A stretch of DNA of 63,838 bases, the filler included, from Porpidia crustulata (Eukaryota), in assembly GCA_964255105.1 (NCBI GenBank). It is 6 parts of 6 records of this genome, joined end to end, with 100 filler letters (N's around TTAATTAATTAA, not from the genome) between each part and the next. Parts side by side here need not be neighbours in the genome. Positions count along the whole stretch, not along the records: positions 10,690 to 21,254 come from CAXUWE010000756.1; positions 21,355 to 31,911 come from CAXUWE010000757.1; 4 more parts are not named here. One strand, given 5' to 3'. Made by a program: the position numbers and the translations under genes. Of the stretch, positions 10,993-23,824 are shown one piece after another. Position 1 is the stretch's first letter. Every line of letters starts with the position of its first letter. Under the pieces are notes generated by a model. It worked only from the letters and a program-made list of their open reading frames with translations, made no database searches and had not been told where the DNA came from.

Positions 10993-13155
10993 TTAAGCCT
11001 CCCTCCTCCATGGCTGTCCATTCCAATCTCCACTTCTAGCTGTTCTGGGCGAACCAAAAGTCGTAGGTGTGCCTGCGTCTTTGATACCCTCAAGACCTGG
11101 ACTAACGAGTATTTTCCACTTGGCCGTTTGCCGGAGCTCATCTTCGCCAACCTCGTGGTCTCGAAGTTCTTGCGCTAGCTCGCTAGCTTTTTGGTCGCCG
11201 CGACGCTTGGCATGGAGGGATGCTGGATTGTCGAGGGGTACGGGAGGTCTGGGGAGGCTCTTGTCTCGCAATGGGTTTAGTTCGACTTGCACTCTCGGGC
11301 GACGGGGCCGGCGCGTTGGACTTCCCAGCGAGGTCTGATGCTGTGCGACGGGATACTCTGAGCCAGGTATTCTTGGATATCGGACCTGCCCTGAAGGAGA
11401 CCGCTCCTTCACAGGAGAGAGTACTTGATGATGTCCAGGTATTTCGTCATTATCGCCAGCATCTTCGAAGCTGGTATCAGAATCCATTGAGAAGTGCGTT
11501 GGTGGCCTCCTGCGATTACTTTTTTTTCTTGGTGCAAATCTTGGGGGTGGGATACCTGAGCTTGGCAAAACTTCAGATGACGCCAAACCTAGGCTGCGAG
11601 ACGAATCAGCGGACGTTCCAATCCCAAGGCCCAATTGAGACCTATCAGAGAGCGGCTGCGATTTTGTTGCGCTTAGCGACTGCCGTGCAGGCACTGGTTT
11701 CCGTATCGTTTCTACTGACCGATTCCATGGCGCGCGGTTTAGTGCATTTGGAGGTGGAAGCTGAGATGGAGAGAATTTGCCTATTTGTTTGGCATTACTT
11801 GAAGTAGATGAGTGCGATTGAGGATCGATAAAGGGATCCGTAGGTGAAAATTGTTCATTGAAACGACCATGTTGGAGGTGAACCTGGCTAGTGTCTGAAG
11901 AGTTGCGGCCGCGAGGAGATGGCTTCGTCAAAGGCGTTCTTGTTCTTTGCCCAATACCAGCACTTCCTGCAACGGGTAAAAGTGGACTGATTGGAGGTTT
12001 GATACGCAACGGTGAGGGATACAATGAATATGAGGGCTTATCAGGTAGTAATTGAGAATTTGTCCTTCGGGTTGTGGTGCTGGTATGCGGGCTACCATAT
12101 GCCGGATTCAAAGCTGCTCTTGTTCCCTCCGATTCCACACCACTTGGCCAGGTACTCCATCTGCTTTCATTGCTCGCGGCAGAAGCAGCATATGTCTGCG
12201 ACGAGTTATTCATTGGCAGATTCCTCGACCGGTAACCATCTTCCAGATTGCTGGCGACGACCGTCGGAATGTTCGGTGAGCCCTGCTGGCTCTCGATAAT
12301 CTCGCCTCCGCCGAATGAGGAACCACTATTGCGTTTGTTTGAATTATGTCTCCGTCGGCGGCAAAATATGAAGAATAAGATGCCGAAAGATATCGCCGCG
12401 GCACCTGCACCTGCAACCGTGACACCTGCTATTTGTGGTTTGGTGAGAACATGATTTGCTGCCGGAGTCGCAGAGGATGACGCTGAAGATGCGGTGAACA
12501 GCGTAGAGGAGGGAGACGACGGTACAGATGCTGATGCAGTTATGGATGTTGTTGTTTTTGGTATTATTGGTGGTACATCGACGGAGGAAATTGAAGTGGA
12601 CGAAGAAGTGAACAAAGAAGTGCAAGTTGTAGAGGTAGTTGCATTATTTACACTTGCTGAAGAAGTTGTTATGGGAGACTGAGTACTGATGCTGGATGGA
12701 AGTGCAGACGTTGAGCTTGTTTCGTTTAGCAAAGTTGTCTGAACATGTGAGTCGGCGATGACAGACGTGAAGGATGATTGCGTTGCTGTAATTATCGAAT
12801 GTGTCATGGGCTGGAAACCTGGTACCCCTTGGCATACCTCATATACGGGGATTGCCGCGGCATTGAATATATCAGACGGACAGGTCGAAGCAAGGCAGCT
12901 CAAGGCCTCTTCACCGATTGTCAAACCTGAGATACTGTTGTTGGTGCAGAGGCAGTTAATGTTCTGCTGTTGGCGGCAGGCAGGAAAATTCTGGGCAATC
13001 AACGATTTGACGCAGCTTTGGGCACAGGGAGGAACGACCTCAGCGATGCCAGGTAACAAAGAAACCGTAGAAAGTGGGCCAGCCCTTATCGTATATGGGA
13101 ATAGAAAGTATGGGATAAGAGAAAGCACCATCGACATGCTGTGGAAAAACTGCAT
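10993..13155 (-). CDS. Single-pass membrane CFEM-domain protein (signal peptide, CFEM, Ser/Thr stalk, TM, Pro-rich tail)
   Basis: VPPCAQSCV...ACRQQQNINCLCT...ALSCLASTCP is an 8-Cys CFEM pattern, followed by an S/T-rich stalk, TM IAGVTVAGAGAAAISFGILFFIFC and RRRR. The true start is probably MSMVLSL, because GCTAAC..GCAG near 13150 looks like an acceptor. Confidence 0.85.
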   Translation of the reverse strand: MQFFHSMSMVLSLIPYFLFPYTIRAGPLSTVSLLPGIAEVVPPCAQSCVKSLIAQNFPACRQQQNINCLCTNNSISGLTIGEEALSCLASTCPSDIFNAAAIPVYEVCQGVPGFQPMTHSIITATQSSFTSVIADSHVQTTLLNETSSTSALPSSISTQSPITTSSASVNNATTSTTCTSLFTSSSTSISSVDVPPIIPKTTTSITASASVPSSPSSTLFTASSASSSATPAANHVLTKPQIAGVTVAGAGAAAISFGILFFIFCRRRRHNSNKRNSGSSFGGGEIIESQQGSPNIPTVVASNLEDGYRSRNLPMNNSSQTYAASAASNESRWSTWPSGVESEGTRAALNPAYGSPHTSTTTRRTNSQLLPDKPSYSLYPSPLRIKPPISPLLPVAGSAGIGQRTRTPLTKPSPRGRNSSDTSQVHLQHGRFNEQFSPTDPFIDPQSHSSTSSNAKQIGKFSPSQLPPPNALNRAPWNRSVETIRKPVPARQSLSATKSQPLSDRSQLGLGIGTSADSSRSLGLASSEVLPSSGIPPPRFAPRKKSNRRRPPTHFSMDSDTSFEDAGDNDEIPGHHQVLSPVKERSPSGQVRYPRIPGSEYPVAQHQTSLGSPTRRPRRPRVQVELNPLRDKSLPRPPVPLDNPASLHAKRRGDQKASELAQELRDHEVGEDELRQTAKWKILVSPGLEGIKDAGTPTTFGSPRTARSGDWNGQPWRREA

Positions 13156-15420
13156 TCATCGTTAGCCTCCGTCGTTTGTATAATGTAGACAAAAGGATCG
13201 TCAGGGACATTGCTGGATTGATGTAGTGGAGCGAGCAGTATGAGCCGCAAAGTATGCAGGAGGTCAGAAAGCTGAACGAAGGCGTATGTGACTGTGCCTC
13301 CTGTACGAACGCCGAGTAGTCGTACTGACCTGAAATAACTTCAAAGCCCCACCCTGACATGAAGAGACCCGTGGATGATGGTACAGCAAAGAAAGTGACA
13401 AAGGAAAAATCTATCGAAGCAACAAACTATGACATGAGGAAATATGGAAATCACTGAGATGAAACATCTCTAGAAGGATAGGCCATCATGGTGGTTTTGT
13501 CCTCAAAAACTGTCTGGACGAGAAGGTTAGTTGAATTGTACTACGAAGTGTCGATGGCATGGGCGGGAGGCTAAGCAGCCATTCATAGAAGTCAGATGTA
13601 GACGCCTGATCTGGTCAAGGTATCTTTCTCCAACGGATTCGCGTTCGCATGTCTATAGTGTTGTGATGATGTGTAGTCGAGGTTGAAGCGCCCACCTCTG
13701 GGCGGTTAAAGATAGATTTGAAGGCTAAGCCCGGTAAGTCGACCTAGCGCTACCAAGCCTTTTCCTGACAGTCTTACTTGCACTGCCTGGCGAAACTATA
13801 GATGCAATTTGGTCTATCGCAAGGTTGAATGAAGCTGCATCACACTATCCCTAGAGCAATAGTGATATATTTACCATCTTCGTAATGGAGTGGAAAGCGA
13901 TTAGCGTGGTAGTCCATAGCTTCGCACAGTCTATAGCCAGTATCGATTACTCCATGCTGCATGTAAGACTCGACATACTCCTTCGAGAACTCCTTCGGAT
14001 GGTTGCGTGTGTTACGAGGCAGCACAAATATGGTTTTCGTTCTGCGTCTTGTTGAAAGCACAGACGCATATATGGGTTTTGTGTAACCGCCCGTGCCTTA
14101 CCAACGTACCCGCCATCTGTCCTGCTATCTAGGTCAGGCGTCACCATGTTTGATTCCCCAACTAAGAAGTTTGAATGTTGACGGTAGCAATGCTACACAT
14201 CACGGTCATCACATGGACCATTTGAATCGGAGAAAATGGGTTTCAATTACTGATACAGAACGTGCTTAGCAAACACCGGAAAACGCTACGCATGCCCTTA
14301 AGGATGCGGGGATCATTAAAATCCTAGCCATCCTCCATCCTCGCCTTGCATTGCCTAGCATTCCATCGCGTGTTTCCTAAGGCGGTGGCGACAGTATGTT
14401 GGCAATTTGTGGCAGAGGACTTGGCGAAAGCTGATGGTGAAGACATATGAGGTATCAAGAACTCCTTAAACCAATTTTGTCGCACTGCAAGGCTAGTACT
14501 TGAGGATGATGTACCTGGCAAGAATTAGCAAATTTTAAGTATTTGCAGCGGGGCCACCATCGACGATCTCAGCCATCAATGGAAGTCACCGCGTCGTGTC
14601 CGACGGAGAGCTTACAATGCATGGATGACACCCGGAATGTAACCTAATATCGTGAGGAGGATATTGATCAGGAAATCCGCATTGCAGCCGCGCTCAAGGA
14701 AGACGCCCAGAGGGGGAACGAGAACGGCGAGAATGATCTTGCAAATATCACTGTGTGAACAATCTTATTAGCTAGCGCTCAATGAATCCGAATCATGCTT
14801 TCGTTCTGAACTTGTGAGTCAAGCGCATCCTCAGCTGCTTCCGGAATACTTCGGGACCGAAGTTGGCAATGAGATGTGCAATCGAGATTGATGAATGAGA
14901 ATAACATACCTGGCGGTGAAAGGCATTGTGGTAGCTAAAGTTGGAAGGAGATGTTGCAACGAAGAGGTGGTTTTCCTGAACTTATGATGGGTGCAAGTTT
15001 CGCGAGTTTGTTAATGGAGGAGAAAGTTATTTGGACAAAGTCAGGCGTGTTTATATGGCAGCCTTAGCGTATCTGCACCGCCACAAGTACTGCGTCATTT
15101 GCAATTTATGAAACAGGAAATGACTGGTCAGTACCGAGGCACCTGCGATTGCGAGTTATATGTTTGTCTGCTTGAACCTGTATTTACTCTAATGTACAGG
15201 TCTGAAGTGAGCACATGGTCATATCGAATGATGTCAGGCAATCGCAAAGCTTGACAGTTCATCCCAGACTTCGCGGAATAAGCCAAAACAGAACACCGCA
15301 TGATTCCGCTGGCAACAGGCAAGCCATACCTAAACTTAGAGGTAGTGTGGCGGTGCTACGCGCATTAGCTAGCCGGATATGCTCCGCATCACTAACGCCT
15401 TTCGTAAAGACCATAGCACG

Positions 15421-17236
15421 TTACGGAGCTTCAACTTTCTCTTTGCCCTTATCCGGATCAAGGTAGGCCTCGGTTTCTGCTTCTTCATACTCGCTTATGA
15501 GATCCATGACAACAGCCTTAGCTTCGTCAAACTCCCCAAGCCCATCTGCGAAAGGCGCTTCTTTCTTATAGCCATCCAAGTAAGCGTTCCGCTTCCTCAT
15601 TGCGCCATACTGGACCACGATACGTTTGAATAGCGTGGCTACGGATGTGTGGTTCGCCAGCATCAAACCCGACACTCGGTGGGTGTTAGGAAGGTATGGC
15701 GATTTCCTTGTGAGCGCAACCTGTATTGAAGCAGGACCCCAAGGAATGAACTTCACTAAATTGCGTTCGCGTATACGAAGTAATGATTTGTGGACCTTTT
15801 AGGTAGCATTAGCTACGCTCACGGTTTAAGTTGTTGAAATCATTACCTCTGTAGGATCGGCCTCTCCTTGTATAATGTTGAGAATGCTGATGTAACAACT
15901 TGTCTTACTTGGGGTGGTTGAAACCATACGATTCTTTGGTTGCAGTAATCTCCGCATCACATCGAGCACTGTAGTCTTTCGCACTGTCTTCGCTTGCTCG
16001 AGATTGTCGCTCGTGAACGGTGTATAGGAGGTCATGAGGAAGTGACATCGAGGTGTAGGTATGAGTGAGGCTACTATTCCAACCAGATCGTTGTGCATGT
16101 ATCCTGGATATCGAAGAGTGGTCGTGCTAGCGGACATAACAGTAGAGACCTAGAGATATCAGCGAGCTAAAGCGGTCAAAATCTACTGTATGAGGCGTAC
16201 AAGCTGGTTTGTTTGCTGAAAGGATGGTTCTTGCACGTGTAGTCGATCCGCAGCTATTCTGGAAAGTGCTCCGTTATCTAGTACTACCTAAATAATATTA
16301 AACAAATTTGGTGCAAATCTGACCTGTCCTCAGCTTACCACGGAGTCCGCATTTTGCGTTAGCCGTCTCATGGCTAGGAGGCTGTTATATGGGTTCACAA
16401 CGACACCTCCTCCCGACTGGGTATCCGGGAAGACAGAGTATGTTTGGATCAGCTTTTTCGGGAAACGGTCGTTCATCCTTTCGAGGATATAGCTACCCAG
16501 ACCGGAGCCTGTGCCTCCCGCAATTGAGTGAAGGAGCATAAACCCCTAAGCAGAAGGATCAGTACTTTTGCGTAAGTCTGCACCGCTCAGCCGTATATCA
16601 TACCTCCAGAGAGTCGCTTCCATCGGCTTCTCGATCAATCATATCAAAAATTTCCTCTTGTACCGAGTCCCCTACCGCGTATCCTACAGCCCAATTGTTG
16701 GCAGCACCACTGCCCTGGGAGCCAATGAAGAAGTTCTCGGGGTTGTATATATTCTTGTAAGGTCCATTTTGTATGCCTTGGAGGACCTACATTCAACCTT
16801 TTAGCTGCTATAGTTGTGGGTATGATATGATAAGGGAGACCTGCTCTTGGCTCCAGATCTATTAATATCGCTCGGGGAATGTATCGAGTATCGTCGCTCT
16901 GTGAGTTTTATCAGGTGATTGACAAAGCATGGGACGTTCATGTGGTACCTGGTAGAAGAAAACATCTTTCCTATCTCCACCCTCAGTTGCAAAATCTTCC
17001 AGATTTCCATCTTGGCTTATTCCATGCTCTTGACACAGCTGTTGCCAAAATTGGCTCCCAACTACAAAAACATCAGATTAGAGCGCTCTGATCTTTCGCG
17101 ACAGCAGGGCTCAAAGAGGGATTGGCGTTGCGTACTGCTGTTCCCGCATTGGCCAGCCTGTATGGTGATTATTTCTCTAGAAGATGGTCAGCTAGGTTCT
17201 CACAGCCATTCTGACGTATGACACACACCTAGGCAT
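15421..17236 (-). CDS. mipA: Gamma-tubulin (multi-exon)
   Basis: [98 protein letters not shown]: gamma-tubulin-specific sequence. Confidence 0.97.
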
Positions 17237-17812
17237 CTCTCATGACATTGTAGACACGTAAATTCGCGTCAATCGCGAGGCAAAGACTTCTAGGTGAGAC
17301 TCAAAGTCCCCAGGGAACTCTGTCGAGCCTATCAACACGCCAAACACGTCGCCACCCCACCATACCCACCACCCCACGAGTCTTAAAGTTCTATCTGAAC
17401 CATCGAATTCAAATTATTTTCGATTATACAAACAGATCTGACTGGAGTGGACCACTATGCTGCGCCTGTTTTACTTTATTACTTCAGGTACTGGAATTTT
17501 CACGAATTTTCACACAGGCGCATTGGATATGCATATCGTATAACGAGACCAGTTATATGGCAAGTTGTCGATAGGAAGAATTATTCACTAAGATTAACAA
17601 GGGATAAGCATGTCATGGAGCTCGAAGAAACGTAATGATGGTAGTTCATCCAATCCAAGGGTATATTGCTGGGACAAGATAACGCCTGACCTACGTTTGT
17701 GCAGACCTCTACCCCTTATAATCATCATGTTTCGCTGTGTTTATACACCATGAATGCCTTGACCAAACCAATACGCATGCGACGTTAGGGTCAACTCAGT
17801 CTAAGCTCCACC

Positions 17813-19238
17813 TCAAATTTCAAACTCCTCGTTGAGCCAGTGTTTCATGACCACCTTTCCTTCCGTAAAATCCTTTCGAGGTGTCCTGACGATAATTGCA
17901 GCGTGACTGTGGAAGGCTTCATGTATATAGACCGGATACTTTCGGAAACCAACGTTGTCTAGCGCTTCAATCATTGCAAATTGTTCTGGACTTAATGCAA
18001 GGGTTGGAAATTCCGCTTTTGTTCGAGTAGAATTGCGTCTCAATTCCGGGATGTTTGGTACTGTGTTGTTAGGCTGCCGCCCTTTGTCCGGCATAGCTTG
18101 GTCTTGTTCGCTCTCTCCGGAAGATTGGTCGGCGCTCTCTGGAAGATACTCTTGGTTCTGTCCTGCATTGATGTTCTCGAACGCACCTTCCATGGCACTT
18201 TGGGCATTTTCTATCATAAGGGGTATGCGGTAGCTGCCGAGTCCAATGCCAGCTTTCCCTTGCTCGTGGAGGCGAATCCGCTGTTGGCTGCGAATGGACT
18301 GGATACCTGCGGCTATCAGGAAAACAACGGTGCCAACGGGAATGAAAGCGGCCATTATGGCAAACATTGGAGCGCGATTAACCAAGGTCTGACCTGCGCT
18401 AGCAAGGCGAGTATAAATCGAGAGACTTTCTTTAGAGCCTTTACGAGAGACAGGGATAGAAGGGTCAAGGATTACAGGCTCGTAATCCGTAAGATAAGAA
18501 AAATCGAGCGCTTCTACGTCGACGAACGGATCTGTGGAGCTGATACACGTTGTGTAGTAAGGTGCCGATCTATCATTGACAACGTTTGCGTACAGTACGC
18601 GGTTCTTGAATTTGGAGAGGGCCTTGATGAAGATACTGTTCAGATCTGCCAGGACAGATAGAAGAGGACGATCAGTCTCGCGAAACGAGTCGACTATAAA
18701 AAGTTGACGCCCTGACGTAGACAATGTCCTTGCTCCGAAAGCGTTCCATGCTTGACTTTGGTAGCCGACGAGTGGTGTACGCACTCCAAGATGAGGCGAC
18801 GCGAAAGTGGTGAAGTTGACGGGTTGGATATGCTCGAACAAGCCTTTGGAGAAGAGTAATCCAATCGCGTACCTGGCAACCAGACCTCCTAGGGAGTATC
18901 CTATCATACTCAACTTCTTTATATCTTGCCTCTCTTTTGTAAGCTGTTCAAGTGTATCTTCAATCTCTTTAGTTACTCTCTCGCCTCCTACCTCAATCCC
19001 ATCATAGGTAAAGCTGCCTGAATTATTTTTGGCAACAAGTAAGTGGAGTTTATCTTCAGGGTATTTGTCGCGGAGGGCAGAGGCAATATAGGAGAGATGC
19101 GCAGGATTGCCCCAAAGACTATCGACGTTAACATGAATTCCCTAGGGTTGGAGAGATGAATTACCCATGCACCAAGACGCAAAGATGGTCGGCTTTCCCA
19201 TGTGCACTGGGTGTCAATCCGTTAGCTTCCGTGGGCAT
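17813..19238 (-). CDS. DUF676 putative serine esterase/lipase (Rog1/Lpl1-like), 2 exons
   Basis: HLCVLVHG|LWGNP, GYSLGGLVARYAIG nucleophile elbow, FTTFASPHLG, LYANVVNDRSAPYYT, HSHAAIIVR. ATG at 19238. Confidence 0.9.
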
Positions 19239-19816
19239 GGAGGCGCTGCTTAGATTGTAGTAGCTTTGCAGCAGGATTTGTTTTGCAGAAGAGCTCGCCA
19301 TTCAGGATGCTGGGAGGAGGAATCGAAAGCATTTATAGCGAAAGGAATAATGCAACGTGGATGGCAACGACTACCTAGAATGGATCTTGATTTCTGACCT
19401 GTGAGAATGCCTGGAGTCGATGACATACGCGTGGTCCCCTGCGTTACCGGTAAGCCTTAATTTCAGCCCTAGCCGCTGCCACCGACAGAGCTCTAAACCT
19501 CTAAAGTCAATATCTACACGTCGGTTTGATGATTTGGCTTGACACTATGCAACTGTGTTCGTTTGGCGCGATTCGTTGAACAGCATGCCTATCGAACACA
19601 GTAGTCATACTTGTGAAATCTTCCTACTCACCTACAATATCGACAGCACGTCGGAGAGCTCACTACTTCTTTCACAAATAGGATTCTGGGCTGCTCTACC
19701 TTACTTCCAGCGATGATTCAGCATCTCCTGCTCACGTTACCTTTGGTTTATGACTTTACATCCGAGCATCAGCTGTTCACTCTCCTCTCACATCTACCGA
19801 CTTTTCCGCTTACGCA

Positions 19817-21254
19817 ATGTTTTCTTCGCTGGGATTATTTAAGCATGTTCAATGTCCCGAGCAGTCTAAATGCTCACTTCTGAACTGTATCTTTGCTCAT
19901 GATAAGATATTAAACAATCAGACAGTGAGTATACAACAAGAGTCAATCCAGCAGAAAGAAAATGTTCGAGAGCCCGACAAGGATTCGACGTACACCGACG
20001 AACCCAGGAAAAAGCGGCGATTCAACGGTCCCAATCGACAAGATGATACCTCTGACGAAACCTTGAACTTTCAGGATCCAAAAGCTCCATCTCCTATGTC
20101 TACCACGATAGCTGCCGCTGAAAGTGATGGTAGTAGCAGGAGCACGATTTTCACAGGCGCGCTGCCTAAACCATCACACAGACCAATATCCCCACCCCCT
20201 TTGCGTAATCCCAAGGCGGGAGCTGTAGGATCCCCTTCTATTCAATATGGGAGTGAAGCAAAGAAGGAGCTTGCTGCTTATGCAAAGGCTAATAGTGGAG
20301 TTCTACCCGCCAAGCAAGCCACAGAGGAGTCCTTGAATCCAAGGATGCTACCCAGCCCGCCAGCAGCACATGCGATACGGCTAAAGCTGATTACCATGCT
20401 ACACGAGCATATGGTCCGCTTGAACTATGAAGCTAGAACATCTCAAGATCCGTTAATAGTACCATTGATGCTTTCTAAACAAGATTTAATACGAGAAGCT
20501 CTAAATGAAGAAGAAAAGATTGCGATGCAAAATCCCGCAATTTACACTAATATCGTGAAAATGCGGATAGTCGCGTTGAAGAAGATGAACTTGGCCGAGT
20601 GGCAGAAGGAACGCCTAGCAAAGAAATCGAAAGAAACTCCTAGCAACAACGCATCCGATGTTCCAAAACCGCCAAAGGTCATTGAAACAGGCCTGACCAG
20701 CAGCGAAGAAATCGCCTTCCTACCAAGACTTTTTGCAAAACAAGAGCCAAACCTAGTCAAGCATGGATACGTCTTCACATCACCAACCGAAGACGAGATC
20801 GAACAAGCTCGCAACGGCGTCGAAGCCGCTCAAGGCTGGGAGCAATGCGACCGCTGCTCCAGCCGCTTCCAAGTCTTCCCGGGACGGAGAGAGCAAGACG
20901 GCGCCATAACCAGCGGAGGCACATGCTCGTACCACCCCGCAAAGCCTCGACGCCAACTAAGCAAAGGCACCCGAGAAAATGCGTACGCCTGCTGCAACGA
21001 ACCGGTCGGAACCTCCGTCGGCTGCAAGTCCGCCGCCACGCACGTGTTCAAAATCTCCGAGGCCAAGCGGCTCGCGCTCGTCATGCCCTTCATGCAGACC
21101 CCGGCAAACGACGCGATCGGCAACAGCGCGACCGCGGTCTGCTTCGATTGCGAAATGGGATACACGACCTTGGGCATGGAGCTGATCCGGCTGACCGCGA
21201 CCGCCTGGCCCGCCGGCGCCCCGCTCCTCGACATCCTCGTCCGCCCCCTCGGCG
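19817..21254 (+). CDS. REX3: RNA exonuclease 3 (DEDDh), 3' truncated by contig end
   Basis: N-terminal CP...C.L.NCIFAH, CDRCSSRFQVFPGRR..G.C.YH, YACC..G..GC, then exonuclease motif I AVCFDCEMGYTTLGMELIRLTA. Confidence 0.9.
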
Positions 21255-21354
21255 NNNNNNNNNNNNNNNNNNNNNNNNNNNNNNNNNNNNNNNNNNNNTT
21301 AATTAATTAANNNNNNNNNNNNNNNNNNNNNNNNNNNNNNNNNNNNNNNNNNNN
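21255..21354. other. Artificial contig linker
   Basis: N-TTAATTAATTAA-N, 100 nt. Confidence 0.98.
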
Positions 21355-21572
21355 TAAAGTGGGGTGTGCACGGGACCGGAACGTGCACGGGCCCGGGAAT
21401 ACTCCTAGTCGCCGCTTAAGGATCCAACTTCGATCATCTACGACGACTAGTTCTGCTGCAATACTCCGCCAGGATTGAAGACGGTTAGCCCTTGAAAGGT
21501 CCTAAAGTTCCTCGCCTTCACAGACCTGGTCACAGAGGACATTGTCACCAACTTCTGATAATTGCATACACA

Positions 21573-22186
21573 ATGAGCTTCATTACCCGGCGTGGTCTCT
21601 CGACCTTGATACCTCCGAAGGTCCGCTGTTCCTCTTGCATTGCATCTCGCCTTTTCGCTAATACTTTGATTTAGGTGGCCTCGCCCAGTGTGAGTATTAT
21701 ATCCTTTAGCCATCCTCGATACAATTTCATTGCTCTTGTGAAGCCTATATCGGCAATCCGATAATAGTGGAAATGGGACAGACCGCAAACGACCAGATAC
21801 GACCATGCTAATGTATATATATAGGGCATTGGTGCAGCTCAAGATGCTGCTCGTATGCAGCGTGTAGTAAGCTTCTACGAAAAGCTACCACGGGGCCCAG
21901 CACCGGAAGTCAAGGCCAGTGGCCTATTAGGGAGATATCAGGCTCGCTACTTTGGAAAGAACCCCTCCGCTGCGCGTAAGTTTTCTACAAAAAGCGCTTT
22001 CACTGTCTCCTCGATGATCATCGCTGACCGCGTCGCATGTAGCAATTGCACACGTTATTGGTGCACTGCTACTGCTCGGCTACTGTAACGACTATTATTT
22101 CCATCTTCGTATGTGTCATGTTCCATGATCAATCAATCGGTACTGACTGACATAAAACAGGACACCACAAGAACAACGCGCATTAG
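21573..22186 (+). CDS. ATP17: Mitochondrial ATP synthase subunit f (5 exons incl. 15-nt micro-exon 21675-21689)
   Basis: Spliced product MSFITRRGLSTLIPPK|VASPS|GIGAAQDAARMQRVVSFYEKLPRGPAP...RYQARYFGKNPSA..YYFHL|RHHKNNAH. Confidence 0.93.
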
Positions 22187-22626
22187 AAATCTGAAGTTCT
22201 TATTGGGTGCGAAGATGTACATAGTATAGAAATAGCGTCATTTGCAATCCATACCCTATGTCAAGATATTGGAACAGTAATTCTACCTTGGTGAATCTCG
22301 GGATTTTACAAGATTGATAAACATGAATTAAACGGACTTGTCGTTCAGTCACAATGTTAGATGCCCACGACTGCCACGGCAACCATGCCATCCGAAGTTG
22401 TCTCGACGATACAGATCCGCAAGGTAACAAGGTCCCCTCAGTAAAATCAAATGCTAAAAGTAATGGTACTTGTAACATCAAAATCGATACGACTTCGTTG
22501 CCACGATGCCACGCTACCTAGCGTGCAAGCTCTGTCAATGATTTTCTGCGGGGTTTGAACTTTCTGATAATCGCATGAAATCGTGCACCCAGAATCATGA
22601 TGTCTCAGTGATCCCAGCAACCAGTG

Positions 22627-23625
22627 ATGGAGCTAAAGAACTTGTCTAGTAATTGGGAAAAGCTTCAAGCGTCTCTGAATCAAGGTGCGGCTAGACCTCC
22701 AAAGCGCAAAGCCAGCGAGGACATCCTCCAATCCCAGCGTAACGGCGTATTGGAGAAGCGCCGCAGGCTTGAGCCTAAGTCTCCAAAGCCAGCTTTAATA
22801 AGTGAACGACGAAGCACGACCGTACATCACGGCATGGGCTTACTATGGTCTAAGCCGGCAAAGGTCGCACCATCGGCCTCGCTGGCTTTATGGGCTGAAG
22901 ACAACGACATCCCGGCCAAAGATATCGCGGAAGCCTACGGTACCTCCTCGAAAATTACATCGATCCCAAACACCAAACACGCAGACGATAGTATCAATAC
23001 GGGTCTCTCTGCCATGGCCGAAGCGGGCAAGTACATCGCCATCGATTGCGAAATGGTCGGCGTCGGCCCTACGCCGGATACGGACTCTGCTCTAGCGCGG
23101 GTTTCGATCGTGAATTACCATGGTCACCAGCTGTATGATTCTTTCGTGAAGACAAAGGAACCAGTCACGGACTATCGGACATTTGTTTCAGGGATCACGC
23201 CACAATTACTGCAGTCCGCAAGGACGCTTGAGGCGGTACAAAAAGACGTCGCGGGGTTACTGGATGGGAAGATACTGGTCGGGCACGCTATCAGAAATGA
23301 CCTGGATGCAATGCTGTTGGGCCATCCACGACGGGATATCAGGGATACGAGTAGGTATCCCGGATATCGCCAGCTGGCTGGAGGCAAGACGCCGAGCTTG
23401 AAGAAATTGGCTCGCGAGATTTTAGGGGTGGATATTCAGAGCGGGGAACATTCCAGTGTAGAGGACGCAAGGGCTACGATGCTTCTATTCAGAAAGGAGA
23501 AAAAGGGATTTGAGAGGGAGCACATGAAGAAGTGGGGTACAAGCCGCAAAGTCATCACTTTGGATGAGGCAGGTGAGGCGGATAAGGTATCTAGCAACAG
23601 AAGGAAGAAGAAGGTCAGGAAGTGA
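22627..23625 (+). CDS. REX4: RNA exonuclease 4 (DEDDh)
   Basis: LSSNWEKLQ N-terminus, YIAIDCEMVGVG, LARVSIVNYHG, VTDYRTFVSGI, LVGHAIRNDL, IRDTS, EHSSVEDARATM. Confidence 0.95.
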   Translation: MELKNLSSNWEKLQASLNQGAARPPKRKASEDILQSQRNGVLEKRRRLEPKSPKPALISERRSTTVHHGMGLLWSKPAKVAPSASLALWAEDNDIPAKDIAEAYGTSSKITSIPNTKHADDSINTGLSAMAEAGKYIAIDCEMVGVGPTPDTDSALARVSIVNYHGHQLYDSFVKTKEPVTDYRTFVSGITPQLLQSARTLEAVQKDVAGLLDGKILVGHAIRNDLDAMLLGHPRRDIRDTSRYPGYRQLAGGKTPSLKKLAREILGVDIQSGEHSSVEDARATMLLFRKEKKGFEREHMKKWGTSRKVITLDEAGEADKVSSNRRKKKVRK

Positions 23626-23824
23626 GGTTGCAGGGCACTATCGTTTGGAATTATCACCATCTAAGCCAGAAAGAGCCGCCAATTATCCCCAAAACCAAAA
23701 AAGTCTAGGTCTGGATAGGAATCCGAGTAACGGAAAACGGAGATTGAGAACAGAACGCTCAAGTCGCTCATTAACGCCAGACCCGCTAATGCAGCTGCAA
23801 AAGCAAAAGGGATGCGAGGCAGCG

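Noticed and set aside
14130..14215. Minus-strand GTGATGA...CTGA about 75 nt apart, a possible C/D snoRNA
   Set aside because: No recognisable rRNA or snRNA antisense element next to D or D', and no convincing terminal stem.
19817..23625. REX3 and REX4 DEDDh exonucleases near each other, suggesting a nuclease cluster
   Set aside because: They lie on different contigs separated by an artificial linker.
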